64,000 nucleotides of DNA from the human T2T-CHM13v2.0 reference genome, Homo sapiens: NCBI RefSeq assembly GCF_009914755.1, contig NC_060947.1; one strand, written 5' to 3'. Below, in pieces: positions 1-15,935 of this stretch. Each line of letters starts with the position of its first letter. The first letter of the stretch is position 1. Both the position numbers and the translations under genes were made by a program. Under the pieces are notes generated by a model. The model saw nothing but the letters and a program-made list of their open reading frames with translations, made no database searches and was not told where the DNA came from.

Positions 1-1604
<1,604 letters not shown>

Positions 1605-1616
1605 TGAACATTTTCT

Positions 1617-2725
1617 CCCACGGAATGGGAGAAAATATTTTCAAACTACCCAGCTGACAAGGGATTTATAACCAGAATAGATAAGGAGCTCAAACAACTC
1701 TATAGAAAAAAAATCTAATAATTAAAAATGAGCAAAATATTTGAATAGACATTTCTCTAAAGAAGACATACAAATGACAAACAGGCATATAAAAGGCACT
1801 CAACATCATTGATCATCAGAGAAATGCAAATGAAAACTGCCATGAGATATCATGTCATCTCAGTTAAAATGGCTTATATCCAAAAGACAAGCAATAACAA
1901 ATGCTTGTGAGGTCATGGAGCAAAAGGAACCCTTATACACTGCTGTTGGAAATGTAAATTAGTACAATCAATATGAAGAACAGTTTGGAGATCACTCATA
2001 ACAATAAAAGTACAGCTGCCATATGATTCAACAATCTCACTGCTGGGTATACATACCCACCAAAGAGGAAATCAATATATCAAAGAGATCTGCACTCTCA
2101 TGTTTGTTGCAGCATTGGTCACAGTAGCCAAGATTTCAAAGCAACCTAAGTGTCCAACATCAGCTTTCAATTATTGCATGTTCTTAGATATAAAGGAAAT
2201 ATGGTTCATATACATAGTCTATTACTATTCAGCCATTAAGAAAATAAGATTCAGTCATTTGCAACAACATGGATGGAACTGGATATCATTATGTCAAGTG
2301 ATATAATCCAGGCACAGAAAGACAAACTTCACATGTTCTCACTTATTGGTGGGATCTAACAATCAAAACAATTGGACTCATGAAGACATAGAGTATAAGA
2401 TGGTTACCAGAGTCCGGGAAGGGTAGTGGGAGTTGGATAAAAATTGGGATGGTTAATTGGTACAAGATAATAATCAGAATGAATGAATAAGATATTTGAT
2501 AGCACAACAGGGTGACTATCATCAACAATAACTTACTTGCACATTTTAAAACTAACATAAGTGGATTGCAACAGAAAGGATAAATGCTTGAGGGAATGAA
2601 TACCCTATTTTCCATGATGTAAGTATTACCATTGCATGCCTATATCAAAATATCTCATGTACCCCCATAAATATATACATCTACTATGTTCCCATCGAAA
2701 TTAAAAATTAAAAATAACAAAAAAA
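1617..2725 (+). mobile_element. L1MA (L1MA2/3-like) 3' portion: end of ORF2, 3'UTR and A-rich tail
   Basis: 'gaatgggagaaaatattt...caaactaccc' ORF2 3' region. L1MA-type 3'UTR 'ttgatagcacaacagggtgactat...catgtacccccataaatatatac'. Confidence 0.88.
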
Positions 2726-2749
2726 GGGTATGTTGCTATAGTATTTTTG

Positions 2750-5205
2750 CCTGGAGTGATCTATTTTCATCTGTTGGGTATAATTATTAGTGTTAAGTCT
2801 TTTACTTCCCGTTTAAAATTTCTGGTTTTCTTATTTATCATTGAAAGTTGTAGTACTGCAGTTTCCAAATGTTCCAGACCATTATTGCAGAGCTTTCTGT
2901 TTCTCTCTTCAATTCTATCTCATATGTTTAGGATCCCTGACATTTAGTGCATATATATAGATAGTATTGTTATATATCTTCTTGTGAATTTATACTTTAT
3001 CATTATATAATGTTTCCATTTGTCTCTTATAACAGTTTTCAATTTAAACTCTACTTGGCGTTGATATCACCACTCCTTTGCTTTTTCCATTACTGTGTGC
3101 ACCAATATTTTTTTCATCTTATCTCTTTCAACCTTCGCGTGTTCTTAAATACAAAATGAGTATATTAAAGTGTCCATATAGTTGAGAGTGCTTTTAATCC
3201 ATTGTGTCAGTCTGTCTTTTGGTTAGAGAGTTGAATAAATAATGGTTTAAATTTATAATTGATAGGGAAGATTTATTATTGCCATTTAAATAATTTGTTT
3301 TCTGTATGTCTTATAGCTATTTTGTGCCTCCTCTTTTTTCTAATGCCTTCCTTTGTGGTTAGTTGATTTTTTTTAATTGACACATTTTTATTCCCTTCTT
3401 ATTTCCTTTTGTGTGTATTCTATAGATATGTCCTTCGTGGTTACCTTGGTGATTATCCATAATATCCTACATATATGAAAAATTATTTTGAATTAATACT
3501 ACTTTAATTTAAATCATGTACACAAATTTTCTTTCTTCATGTCATTGATTTACAAATGTCATATTAATATATTTTCTGACTATTAATGTAGGTTTCAATT
3601 TTCTTTTTTAATTTTTTAAATCCTGTAGAGGAATAAAAAATAGCTATAAACCAAAATGCAAAAAAAAATAGTTTTTGTGTGTTTTTCACTTATGTATCCT
3701 TAACAGAAATTTTTATATTTTGTTGGGCTTTAAGTTATTGTCTATACATCCTTTTATGTCTACGTGAAAGACTCCCTTCCGCATTTCTCTTAGCACAGAT
3801 CTCGTGATAATGCACTGTCTCAGCTTTTATTTATCTGATAATGTCTTAATTTCTTCCTCATTTTGAAGGACAGCTTTGCCCTGGATTAAATACTTGATAG
3901 AGAGGGTTTGTTTGTTTCTTTCTTTTAACACTGCAGATATATCTCCTTCCAGACTGGAAGGCTTACCTAAATAATCTGATAAATTTATTAAAGATGCCTT
4001 GTGCATGATTAGTCACTTTTCTCTAGATGTTTACAAGATTCTGTTTTATATTTGGCTTTTGCAACTTTGATTATTATGCATCTTGCAGTGGGTCCCTTTG
4101 GATTTTTTTTTTAACTTGGAGCTTCTTGTATTTTTATATCCATGTTTTAAAATCAGATTTTGGATTTCTTATCATTATTTAAAAAATACTCTATGCCATT
4201 TTTCTCACTTCTTTTTTTAAGATTACCATAATGCACATATTGTTCTGCTTGATGGTCTCTCATAAATGTCTTAGGCTCTGTTCACGTTGTTCATTATTAT
4301 TTTATTTGGCTTTGCTCCTCAGATTTACTAACTTCCAATGTTCTACCTTCAAGTTTACTAATTCTTTCTTCTTCTGGTTTGAGTCTGATGTTGAGCTTCT
4401 GTACTAAACTTTTCAATTCAGTTATTTTACGTCTCAGCTATAGAATTTCTGCTTTGTTTTGTTTTATAATTTATATCTCACTGTTGACATATTCACTTTT
4501 ATATATGATTTTTGTAATGCTCTTTCTTTTTTGTGTCCTTTAAATTTAAGCCTACTATAAACAGTTGTTATAAAGTATTTTTCTAATAAGTCCTAAATTT
4601 TGGTCAATTCATAGAGATTTATTTCAGTCCTTTAAATAGACCATTTTTTCTTGTTTTTTACATTTTGCAATTTTTGTTGAAAATTTGACATTTGAAATAA
4701 CAGCCATTCTTCCAGTTTTTGCAATATGACTCTATGTTAGGTGAAACCTTCACTATAAGCCCAGTGTGAAGGATTTATGTTTCTCAGGTCTTCTCTGGGC
4801 ATGTATATTTCCTGTGCCTGTGTCTGTGCTTTTTTCTAATTCCCTCCATATAAACATCTATGCTGCTTTCCTCATCTTATCTCTTAGTTAGGTGATACAG
4901 AATCTGGTTCTGTAAGCAGGCCACAGACAGAGCAAAAATTTGCAAACCATTTCTCTGAGGAAGAAATGCAAGAAATTTGGCTACTTCCTCCCAAAGATGC
5001 CACACCAGGGAGGGAGTGACACAGGGCCACAGATTTGCTTGTCTTTACGAGTGTGACTTCTTGTTGATTGGGCATTTGCTTAATTGTTACAATTCATTGA
5101 CTGTATTCTGGGGCTCCTACAAAGTTATTTTAGTTTACAGTTTATAACCTGATGTTTCTGTGGGGGGCCAAAAGGACCTGGAGTTTCTCAAACTGCCATT
5201 TTGCC
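2750..5205 (-). mobile_element. Old, degenerate L1M (5' region, ORF1 and start of ORF2)
   Basis: T-rich antisense L1-like motifs ('gcatttctcttagcacagatctcgtgataatgcactgtctcagcttttatttatctg', 'gcaactttgattattatgcatcttg'). Confidence 0.65.
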
Positions 5206-5299
5206 AACAGCTTGGAAGGCTCTTGTTACCTAATTCTGAAAGCTTTATGAAGTTACTGTAATAAAGATAGTGTATTTTGGAGAAGGAGAGAAATATTTG

Positions 5300-5650
5300 T
5301 CAGTAGAACAGAAAGGAAGAGGAACAGAGGAAGATCAGAGTAGACCCACTAAAATATGGACAATGGAGCTTTACAATAGCACAAAGGTATTTTATTGGAA
5401 AAAAATTATCTTTTCAACATATGTTGCATATCTCTATGCAAAGACATTAATAATAACAATATCCATACTATTCTCACATTACAAAAACTAACTCCGATAT
5501 ATTATAGACCTATATATAAAACATAATCTTATAAAATTTCTAGAAAAAACTGACTTTGGGTTTGGCAAATATTTCTTAGATGCAACACTAAAAGCACAAT
5601 TTATAATAAAAAGTTCATGTGCTGGACTTTATAAATATTAAAAATATCCA
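5300..5650 (+). mobile_element. Old L1M ORF2 3' fragment, left half; continues at 12083
   Basis: 'ataaaatttctagaaaaaac...ggtttggcaaatatttcttagatgcaacactaaaagcacaa'. Collinear with the sequence after the L1PA insertion. Confidence 0.6.
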
Positions 5651-7198
5651 CTTTTTAAGTTCTGGGATACATGTACAGAATGGGTATGTTTGTTACGTAG
5701 GTACACATGTGCCTTGGTGGTTTACTGCACCTATCAACCCATCACCTAGGTTTTAAGCCCCACATGAATTAGCTGTTCATCCTGATGATCTCCCTCTCCT
5801 CACCATCCCCCACGACAGGCCCTGATATGTGTTGTTTCCTTCCCTGTTTCCATGTGTTCTCATTGTTGAACTCCCACTTATGAGTGAAACATGTGGTGTT
5901 TGGTTTTCTGTTCCTGTGTTAATTTGCTGAAGATAATGGCTTCCAGCTTCATCTATGTCTCTGCAGAAGATATAATCTCATTCCTTTTTATGGCTGCATA
6001 GTATTCCATGCTGTATATGTACCACATTTTCTTTATCCAGTCTATAATCAATGGGCATTTGGGTTGGTTCCATGTCTTTGCTATTGTGAATAGTGCTGCA
6101 ATAAACATACATGTACATGTATCAGTTCTAGATACTTGAGGAATTGCCACACTGTCTTCCACAATGGTTGAACTAATTTACATTTCCACCAACAGCATAG
6201 AAGTGTTCCTATTTTTTCATAGCCTCACCAGCATCTGTTGTTTCTTGACTTTTTAATATTCACCAGTCTGACTGGTGGGAGATGGTATCTCACTGTGATT
6301 TTGATTTGCATTTCTCTAATGATCAATGATATTGAGCTTTTTTTCATACGACTATTGGCTGCATAATGCACAACTTCTTCTGAGAAGTTTCTATTCATAT
6401 CCTTTGCCCACTTTTTGATGGGGTTATTTGTTTTTGTCTTGTAAATTTGTTTAAGTTCCTTGTAAATTCTGGATATTAGACCTTTGTCAGATGTGTAGAT
6501 TGCAAAAATTTTCTTCTATTCTATAGGGTGCCTGTTCACTCTGATGATAGTTTCTATTGCTATGCAGAAGTGCTTTGGTATAATTAGATCCCATTTGTCA
6601 ATTTGTTGTAATTGCTTTTAGTGATTTCATCATAAAATCTTTGCCCATGCCTATGTCATGATGGTATTGCCTAGGTTTTCTTCTGGGGTTGTTATCATTT
6701 TGGGTTTTACATTCAATTCTTTAATTCATCTTGAGTTAATTTTTGTATAAGGTGTAAGGAAGGCATCCAGTTTCAATTTTCTGCATGTGACTAGACTGTT
6801 TTCACAGCACCATTTATTAAATAGGGAATCCTCTTCCCATTGCTTGTTTTTGTCAGGTTTGTTGAAGATCAGATGGTTGGAGATGTGTGGTCTTATTTCT
6901 GAAGTCTCTATTCTCTTCCATTGGTCTATATGTCTGTTTTGGTATAAGTACCATGCTGCTTTGGTTACTGTAGCCTTGTAGTATAGTTTGAAGCCAAGTA
7001 ACGTGATGCCTCCAGCTTTGTTATTTTTGCTTAGGATTGTCTTGGCTATGTGGGCTCTTTTTTTGGTTCCTTATGAATTTTAAAGTAGTTTTTTTCTAAT
7101 TATGTGAAAAATATCAATGGTAGTTTGATGGGATTAACGTTGAATCTATAAATTACTTTGGGCAATATGGCCATTTTCACTATATTGATTCTTGCTAT

Positions 7199-7831
7199 CT
7201 ATGAGGATGGAATGTTTTTCCATCTGTTTGGATCCTCTCTTATTTCCTTGAGCAGTGGTTTGTAGTTCTTGAAGAGGTCATTCACATCACTTGTTAGCTG
7301 TATTCCTAGGTATTTTATTCTCTTTGTAACAATTGTAAATGGGAGTTCATTCATGATTTGCCTCTCTGCTTGTCTATTGTTTGTGTATAGGAATGCTTGT
7401 GATTTTTGCACATTGATTTTGTATCCTGAGATTTTGCTGAAGTTGCTTATCAGCTTAAGAAGTTTTGGGGCTGAGACGATGGAGTTTTCTAAATATACAA
7501 TCATGTCATCTGCAAACAGAGACAATTGGACTTCCCCTCTTCCTATTTTAATACTCTTTATTTCTTTCTCTTGCCTGATTGCCCTGGCCAGAACTTCCAA
7601 TAATATGTTGAGTAGGAGTGGTGAGAGAGAGCATCCTTGCCTTGTGCTGGTTTTCAAAGGGAATGCTTCCAGCTTTTGCCTAATCAGTATGATATTGGCT
7701 GTGGGTTTGTCATGAATAGATCTCATTGTTTTGAGATGTGTTACATCAATACCTACTTTATTGAGAGTTTTTAGCATGAAGCGGTGTTGAATTTTATCAA
7801 AGGCCTTTTCTGCATCTATTGAGATAATCAT
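7199..7831 (-). pseudogene. L1 ORF2 reverse-transcriptase remnant (210 aa open segment)
   Basis: [36 protein letters not shown] and YLGIQLT motifs. The flanking ORF2 is broken by stops and frameshifts. Confidence 0.9.
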
Positions 7832-9890
7832 GTGGTTTTGTCATTGGTTCTATTTATGTGATGAATTACGTTTATTGATTCGTGCATGTTGAACCAGCTT
7901 TGCATCCCAGGGATGAAGCCAACTTGATTAAGGTGGATAAGCTTTCGAAGTGCTGCTGGATTCAGTTTGCCAGTATTTTACTGAGGATTTTTGCATTGAT
8001 ATTCATCAGATATATTGGCCTGAAGGTTTTTTTGTTGTTGTTGCTATTATGTCTCTGCCAAGTTTTGGTATTAGGATGATGCTGGCCTCATAAAATGAGT
8101 TAGGGAAGAGTAGCTCCTTTACAATTGTTTGTAATAGTTTCAGAAGGAATGATAGCAGCTCCTCTTTGTACCTCTGCTAAAACTCAGCTGTGAATCTGTC
8201 TTTCCTTAGCTTTTTTTAGTTGGTAGACTATTTATTACTGCCTCAATTTCAGAACCTGTTATTGCTCTTTTCAGGGATTTGATGTCTTCCTGGTTTAGTG
8301 TTGGGAGGGTGTATTTGTTGAGGAATTTATCAATTTCTTCTAGATATTCTAGTTTATTTGCATAGAGGTGTTTATAGTATTCTCTGGTGGTAGTTTGTAT
8401 TTCTGTGGGGTCAGTGGTATTATCCCCTTCATCATTTTTTGTTTCATCCATTTGATTTTGCTCCTTTCTTCTTTATCAGTCTAGCTAGCATTCTATCTAT
8501 TTTATTATTTGTTTTTCAAAAACCTAGCTCTTTGATTCATTGATTTTTTTTGAAGAGTTTTTCGTTTCTCTATCTCGTTCAGTTCTGCTCTAATCTTAGT
8601 TATTTATTGTCTTCTGCTAGCTTTTGGAGCTGTTTGCTCTTGTTTTTCTAGTTCTTTTAATTGTGATGTTAAGGTGTTGATTTGAGATCTTTCTAGCTTT
8701 CCGATGTGGGCATTTAGTGCTATAACTTCCCCTCTTAACACAGTTTTAGCTGCGTTCCAGAGATTCTAGTATGTTGTTTCATTCTTCCCATTGGTTTGAA
8801 ATAACTTCTTGATTTCTGCCTTAATTTCATTATTTACCCAAGAGTCATTCAGGAGCAAGTTGTTCAATTTCCGTAAAGTTGTGTGGTTTTGCATGAGTTT
8901 CTTAATCCTGAGTTCTAATTTGATTGCACTGTGGTCTGAGAGACTATTATGATTTCAGTTCTTTTGCATTTGCCGAGGAATGTTTTACTTCCAATTATGT
9001 GGTCAATTTTAGAGTAAGTACCATGTGGCACTGAGAAGAATGTATATTCTTTTGTTTGAGGGTAGAGAGTTCCGTATATATCTATTAGGTCCACTTGATC
9101 CAGAGCTGAGTTCAAGTCCTGAATATCCTTGTAAATATTGTCTTGTTGCTCTAATATTGACAGTGGTGTGCTAAAGTCTCACTATTATTGTGTGGGAGTT
9201 GAAGTCTTTTTGTAGGTCTCTATAAACTTGTTTTATGAATCTGGGTGCTTTTGTATTGGGTTCATGTATATTTAGAATAGTTAGCTCTTCCTGTTTAATT
9301 GATCCCTTTATCATTATGTAATGCCCTTCTTTGTCTTTTTTTTTTTAATCTTTGTTGGTTTAAAGTCTGTTTTGTCAGAGACTATGATTGCAGCACCTGC
9401 TTTTTTCTGCTTTCCATTTTTCTGAGTAAATTTTCCTTCATCCCTTAATTTTGAGCCTATGTCTGTCTTTGCTTGTGAGATGGGTCTCTTGAATACAATA
9501 CTCTGATAGGTCTTGACTCTTTATTCAGTTTGCAAGTCTGTGTCTTTTAATTGGGGCATTTAGCCCATTCACATTTAAGGTTAATATTGTTATGTGTGAA
9601 TTTGATTCTGTCATTATGATGCTAGCTGGTCATATTGCACACTAGTTGATACTGTTTTTTCATAGTGTCATTAGTTTTTATGTTTTGGTGAATTTCTCAG
9701 TGGCTGGTACTGGTTTTTCCTTTCCATATTTAGTGCTTCCTTCAGGAGCTCTTGCAAGCAGGCCTTGTGGTGATGAATTTCCTTAGCATTTGCTTGTCTG
9801 AGAAGGATTTTATTTCTCCTTCTCTTATGAAGCTTAATTTGGCCTGATATTAAATTCTGGGTTGAAAATTCTTCTCATTAAGAATGTTGA

Positions 9891-10150
<260 letters not shown>

Positions 10151-12082
10151 GGAATGTTGAATATTGGCCCCCACTTTCTTCTGGCTTGTAGGTTTTCTGC
10201 TGAGAGATCTGCTGTTAGTCTGATGGGCTTCCCTTTGTAGGTGACCTGGCCTTTCTCTCTGGCTGCCCTTAACATTTTTTCCTTCATTTCAACCTTGGAG
10301 AACCTGATGATTATCTGTCTTGGAATTGATCTTCTCATGAACTATCTTGGTGGAATTCTCTGTATTTTCTGAATTTGAATGTTGGCCTGTCTTGCTAGGT
10401 TCAGGAATTTCTCCTAGATAATATCCTGAAGTGTGTTTTCCAACTTGGTTGCATTTTTTCCATCTCTTTCAGATACTGGTCTTTTTACATAGTCTCATAT
10501 TACTTGGAGGTTTTGTTTGTTCCTTTTTATTTATTTTTTTTGCCTGCCTTATTTCAGCAAGATAGTCTTTCATTTCTGACATTTTTTTTTCACTTGATTG
10601 ATTCAGCTATTAATACTTGTGTATGCTTCACAAAGTTCTCATGCTGTGTTTTTCAGCTCCATCAGGTCATTATGTTCCTCCTTAAACTGGTTATTCTAGT
10701 TAGCAGCTTCTGTAACATTTTAACAAGTTTCTTAACTTCTTTCCATTGGGTTAGACCATCCTCCTTTACTTCAGCGAAGTTTGTTATTACCCACTTTCTA
10801 AAGCCTACTTCTGTCAGTTCATCCATCTCATTCTCCGTCCAGTTCTGCACCCTTGCTGGGAGGTGTTGCAATTATTTGGAGGAGAAGAGGCACTCTGGCC
10901 TTTTGGGTTTTCAGCATTTTGTTTGTTTTGCTGATTCTTTCTCATCTTCATGAGTTTGTCTAGTTTCAATCTTTGAGACTGTTGACCCTTGGATGAAGTT
11001 TCTGTGGGGACTTTTGTTGATGCTGTTGTTGTTGCTTTCTGTTTGTTTATTTTTCTTTCAATAGTCAGGTCCCTCTTCTGTAGGGCTGCTGTGGTTTGCC
11101 AGGGGGTTAACTTCAGGCCCCCTTTATCTGGTTCCCTCCTGCACCTGGAGATGTCACTCAAGGAGCCTGGAGAAGAGCAAACATGGATGCCTTCTCCTTA
11201 TTCTGGGATCTCTGACCTCGAGGGGAACTGACCTGATGCCAGTAGGAATGCTCCTGTTTAGAGTGTCTGACAACCCTTGTTTGTTGGGGCGGTGGGGGGG
11301 GTCTCACCCAGTTGGATGGCATGGGAAGCAGGATTCATTTAACAAAGCACTTTGGCTGTCCCTTGGTAGAGGGGGTGTGCTGCACTGGAGGGAAACTCAC
11401 TCATCAGGGCTTCCCAGATTCCTCAGAGCTAGTAGGAGGAAAGACTAAGTCTCCTGGTCTGTGGAGACTAAGACCAACCATCCCCTTAGGGGCTCAGTCC
11501 CAGGGAGATCAGAGTTTTGTTCCTGAGCCCCTAGCTGGAGCTGTTGGAGTTCTTGCAGGGAGTCCCTGCAGTGGAAGTGTTGCTGCCACCCTTCCCCCAA
11601 AGAGCTCAGCTGGCTTAGAAAGCAGGCAGCTGCAGCAGTGGTGATGGCCGCCCCTTCCCCTGGAACTTGGCAGGCTTAGGCAGATTCTAGAACAAGTGGC
11701 TGTTGTGAATTTGCACACCTCTATGGTTGGGAGCCAAGCCCTGGTGGCATGGGCTCACGAGTGGGATCCTCTGATCCATGTGTTGCACAGTTCTGTGGAG
11801 AAAGCACGGTTTCCCAGGCTGGATAGCACGCTCACTCACTGCCTCCCTTGGCTGAGGGTGGGGGCTCCCCTGCCCTGTGTGGCCCTTAGGTGGGAGGCTT
11901 CCTTCCACTGCTCTTCCTTCCTCTCTCTGGGTAATGCCAGAAGCCTAGTCAGTGCTAATGACAAAATCTAGATACCTTAGTTTCCAATGCAGGATTCCAT
12001 GCTGTTTGGGATCTTTTCGATGGGAGCCTCTGATCATTGCTGCTTCTAGTTGGCCACCTTGGTCCTTCCCAGTTGTAAGCTC

Positions 12083-12765
12083 AAAATATCCACTCTTTCA
12101 AAGACATGTGAAGAGGATAAAAAAGGCAGTTTTTTGGGGGGAAATATTTATAAATTCTGTAATTAATAATGGCTTTCTATGAGGAACACAAAAATAACTC
12201 TTGAAAAACTCAATAACAACAACAACAACAAAATACTCCAATAAAATAGATGAAAGATTTAAAAACTTCACCACTGAGGAAATATAATTGACAGGTAAGT
12301 GCAATATAAAATTCTTAACATTATTAGGCATTCTGGAAATGCATTTTAAAATGAAAATGGGTTTTTTTTTTTTAAATCTGAGTATGCTGAGTAACTGGAA
12401 CACTCATATATTACTGGTAGGAATGAGGAAGTGTGCATCTAATATGGAAAACATTTTGGCCATTTTTTAAAAAATAAAGTGCAGCAAATACTCGTCATTT
12501 CTAGAAACTACACTCCTAGGTTTTTACCCAAGTGAAATAAAAAATATATTCATATATAAACCTATACGTCAATGTTTATAGTATCCTTTCCTTGTAATCA
12601 ACCAAAACTGAATACAAGTAAAATGTTCTTCAACTGTATACACAAATAAACATTTGTATATCTACATAATTGAATACAATTTGGCAAAAAAAAAAAAATA
12701 GTGATACAAACAATAAAATGCCTGAATTTCAAATGCACGTGGCAGTAGTCAGACTCCAAAGGCTG
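12083..12765 (+). mobile_element. Old L1M 3' fragment, right half of the element split by the L1PA
   Basis: Degenerate ORF2-end and 3'UTR motifs ('ggaacactcatatattactggtaggaatg', 'actcctaggtttttacccaagtgaaataaaaa'). Confidence 0.6.
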
Positions 12766-12766
12766 T

Positions 12767-13295
12767 TGTAATAGTTAACTTTAGGCATCAACTTAACTGG
12801 GCTAAGCGATGCCCTGAGAGCTGGAAAAACATAATTTCTGAGTATGTCTGTGAGAGTGTTTCTGGAAGATGCTGGCATTTGAATCAATAGACTGAGTAAA
12901 GACAAACCACTTCTAACAATCTGTCAGGTGTCAGCCAATCTACTGAGAGCCCAAATATAGCAAAAAGGCAGAAGGAGGGCAAATTATCTCTCTTCTTGAA
13001 CTGGAACATTCGTCTTCTGCTCTCAGATATTGACGCTCTTGGTTCTCAGGCCTGTGGTCTCCAGGACTTACACCAGTGGATCCCGCAGTTTTCAGGCCTT
13101 TAGAAGTATACAAAATTATATCACTGGCTTTCATGATTCTCCAGCTTGCACATGAAAAATGGTGGGACTTCTCAGTCTCCATAATTTCATGAACCAATTC
13201 CCATAATAAATCTCTCTCTCTGTTTCCGTCTTTCTCTCTCTATCTCTCTTCCTATCTCTACTGCTGCCTTTATCTCTCTGTCTCTCTATATATGT
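12767..13295 (+). mobile_element. MLT2 (MLT2C-like) ERVL LTR ending in a (TC)n tract
   Basis: Start 'tgtaatagttaactttaggcatcaacttaactgggctaag'. 'gggacttctcagtctccataat...aataaatctctctc'. Confidence 0.8.
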
Positions 13296-14107
13296 ATAAA
13301 TGGTATTACATTACTTTATTTCTTTATTATGTGATTATTAGATTTATAAATGTTGATTTATACCTATATTATCTTATGTGACTATGTAAATTTGAAGACA
13401 CAGCTCTGTTTTGCATATAAAACCAAATTGCATACTATATGGGAAAATTACATAGAAACTATAAATGAAAGTATAAATTTTCCCTTGGGAAAAGCTTTTA
13501 AAGAAATCTATATTATTCTGAGAGTGCAAACATCTCCTTTACACAGACTCAAAGAAATTCAATTGTTATAGTAAATATGCCTTCTCCTTTGAAAATGTGC
13601 ATGATAAAGACATTTTAAGAAGCAGGCATTCTACAAGTTTCCCTTTGTAATTTAGCCATTGGCAATGGTATATACATACAGACAATTATTAGTCTTGTGC
13701 TTCGAAATAGCTGTTGACGATGGACTGGTTCTATAACATTTTTAAGACTCTACATGCTCTTTTTTAGGAAAATGACTTTGCACCTTTCTTTCTCATTTAT
13801 TGTAAAGTGGTAATCCTATAAAGGCAAGAAAGCCAAATACCAAAATTATGCATAATTCTCTTATATTAGAAATCATCTTTCCTACATTTGCTTCTGCTTC
13901 TGAAAAAAGTTAAAAATTATGATTTTACATTGTTGTCATTTAATGTAAACAATGGTGATGCACCAGTAGATTGAAGGCTGAATTTACCTACTACTTATAT
14001 TGTACATAGCGTGTTAAAATGGTGCTGATACAACACAGAATAAGCACTATAAAATGCCTTAATACTGTTCAAATACAGGTTTTATTTCTTTTATTTTAAA
14101 AAAAAAG

Positions 14108-15613
14108 TTGCCTAGGTTTTCTTCTAGGGTTTTATGGTTTTATATTTAAGACTTTAATTCGTCTTGAGTTAATTTTTGTATGAGGTGTAAGGAAGGAGTC
14201 CAGTTTCTGTTTTCTGCATATGGCTAGCCAGTTTTCCCAGCACCATTTATTAAATAGGGAATCCTTTCCCTGTTGCTCATTTTTGTCAGGTTTGTCAAAG
14301 ATCAGATGGTTGTACATGTGTGGTGTTATATCTGAGGTATCTGTTCTGTTCCATTGGTCCATATATCTGTTTTGGTACTAGTACCATGCTGTTTTGGTTA
14401 CTGTAGCCTTGTAGTATAGTTTGAAGTCAGGTAGCATGATGCCTCCAGCTTTGTTGTTTTTGCTTACAATTGTCTTGGCTATACAGGCCCCTTTTTGGTT
14501 CCATGTGAAATTTAAAGTAGTTTTTTTTCTATTCAGGATGTAGGCATGGGCAAAGACTTCATGATTAAAACACCAAAAGCAATTGCAACAAAAGTCAAAA
14601 TTGACAAATGGGATCTAATTTAACTAAAGAGCTTCTGCACAGCAAAAGAAACTATCATCAGAGTGAACAAGAAACCTACAGAATGGGAGAAAATTTTTGT
14701 AATCCATCCGACAAAGGGCTAATATCCAGAATCTACAAGAAACTTAAATTTACAAGAAAAAAAAACCACATCAAAAAGTGGGAAAAGAATATGAACATAT
14801 CAACAGACACTTCTCAAAAGAAGACATTTATGCGGCCAACAAACATATGAAAAAAAGCTCATCATCACTGGTCATTAAAGAAATGCAAAGCAAAACCAGT
14901 AAGATACCATCTCACACCAGTTAGTATGGCAATTATTAAAAAGTCAGGAAACCACAGATGCCAGTGATGCCGTGGAGAAATAGGAACGCTTTTACACTGT
15001 TGGTGGGAGTGTAAATTATTTCAACCATTGTGGAAGACAGTGTGGCAATTCCTCAAGGATCTAGAACCAGAAATACCATTTGACCCAGCAATCCCATTAT
15101 GGGGTATATACCCAAAGGATTATAAATCATTCTACTATAAAGACACATGTACATGTATTTTTACTGTGGCACTGTTCACAATAGCAATGACTTGGAACCA
15201 ACCCAAATGCCCATCCATGATAGACTAAAGAAAATGCAGCACATATATACCATGGAATACTATGCAGCCATAAAAAAGAATGAGTTCATGTTCTTTGCAG
15301 GGACATGAATGAAGCTGGAAGCCATCATTCTCAGCAAACTAATACAGGAACAGAAAACAAAACACTTCATGTTCTCACTCATAACTGGGAGTTGAACAAT
15401 GAGAACACATGGGTACAGGGAGGGGAACATCACACACTGGGGCCTGTCAGGGGTAGGAAGCAAGGGGAGGTAGAGTATTAGGACAAATACCTAATGCATG
15501 CAGTGCTTAAAACCTAGATGATGGGTTGATAGATGCAGCAAATTACCATGGCACATGTATATCTATGTAAGAAACCTGCACATTCTGCACATGTATTCCA
15601 GAACTTAAAGTAA
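14108..15613 (+). mobile_element. L1PA8-like element, 5'-truncated with 5' inversion (14108-14530 antisense, 14531-15613 sense)
   Basis: The antisense block begins at the reverse complement of '...aaaacctaggcaa'. The sense block begins 'attcagga...', 4 nt further along the L1 consensus. 3' end 'cagaacttaaagta'. Confidence 0.9.
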
Positions 15614-15616
15614 GAC

Positions 15617-15912
15617 TTTTTTTTTTTTTTTTTGAGATGAAGTCTCGCTCTGTCACCCAGGCTGGAGTGCAATGGCGTGATCTCTGCTCACTGCAACCCC
15701 CCCCTCCTGGGTTCAAGCGATTTTCCTGCCCAGACTCCTGAGTAGCTGCAATTACAGGCACATGCCACCACACCAGGCTAATTTTTGTATTTTTAGTAGA
15801 GACGGGATTTCACCATGTTGGTCAGGCTGGTCTCGAACTCCTGACCTCATGATCCATTTACCTCGGCCTCCCAAAGTGCTGAGATTACAGGTGTGAGCCA
15901 CCGCGCCAGGCC
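15617..15912 (-). mobile_element. AluS (Sg-like) inserted at the L1PA8 tail
   Basis: T tail then reverse Alu. Degenerate TSD taaagtaagactt / taaagtaaaatt. Confidence 0.93.
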
Positions 15913-15935
15913 GGCTAAAGTAAAATTGTCTTTAA

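Noticed and set aside
7269-7715. 148-aa plus-strand ORF
   Set aside because: It is the antisense frame of L1 ORF2 RT, common to L1 copies.
10814-11971. Overlapping ORFs in GC-rich DNA suggesting a gene
   Set aside because: This is the L1PA 5'UTR and ORF1 start; GC richness explains the open frames.
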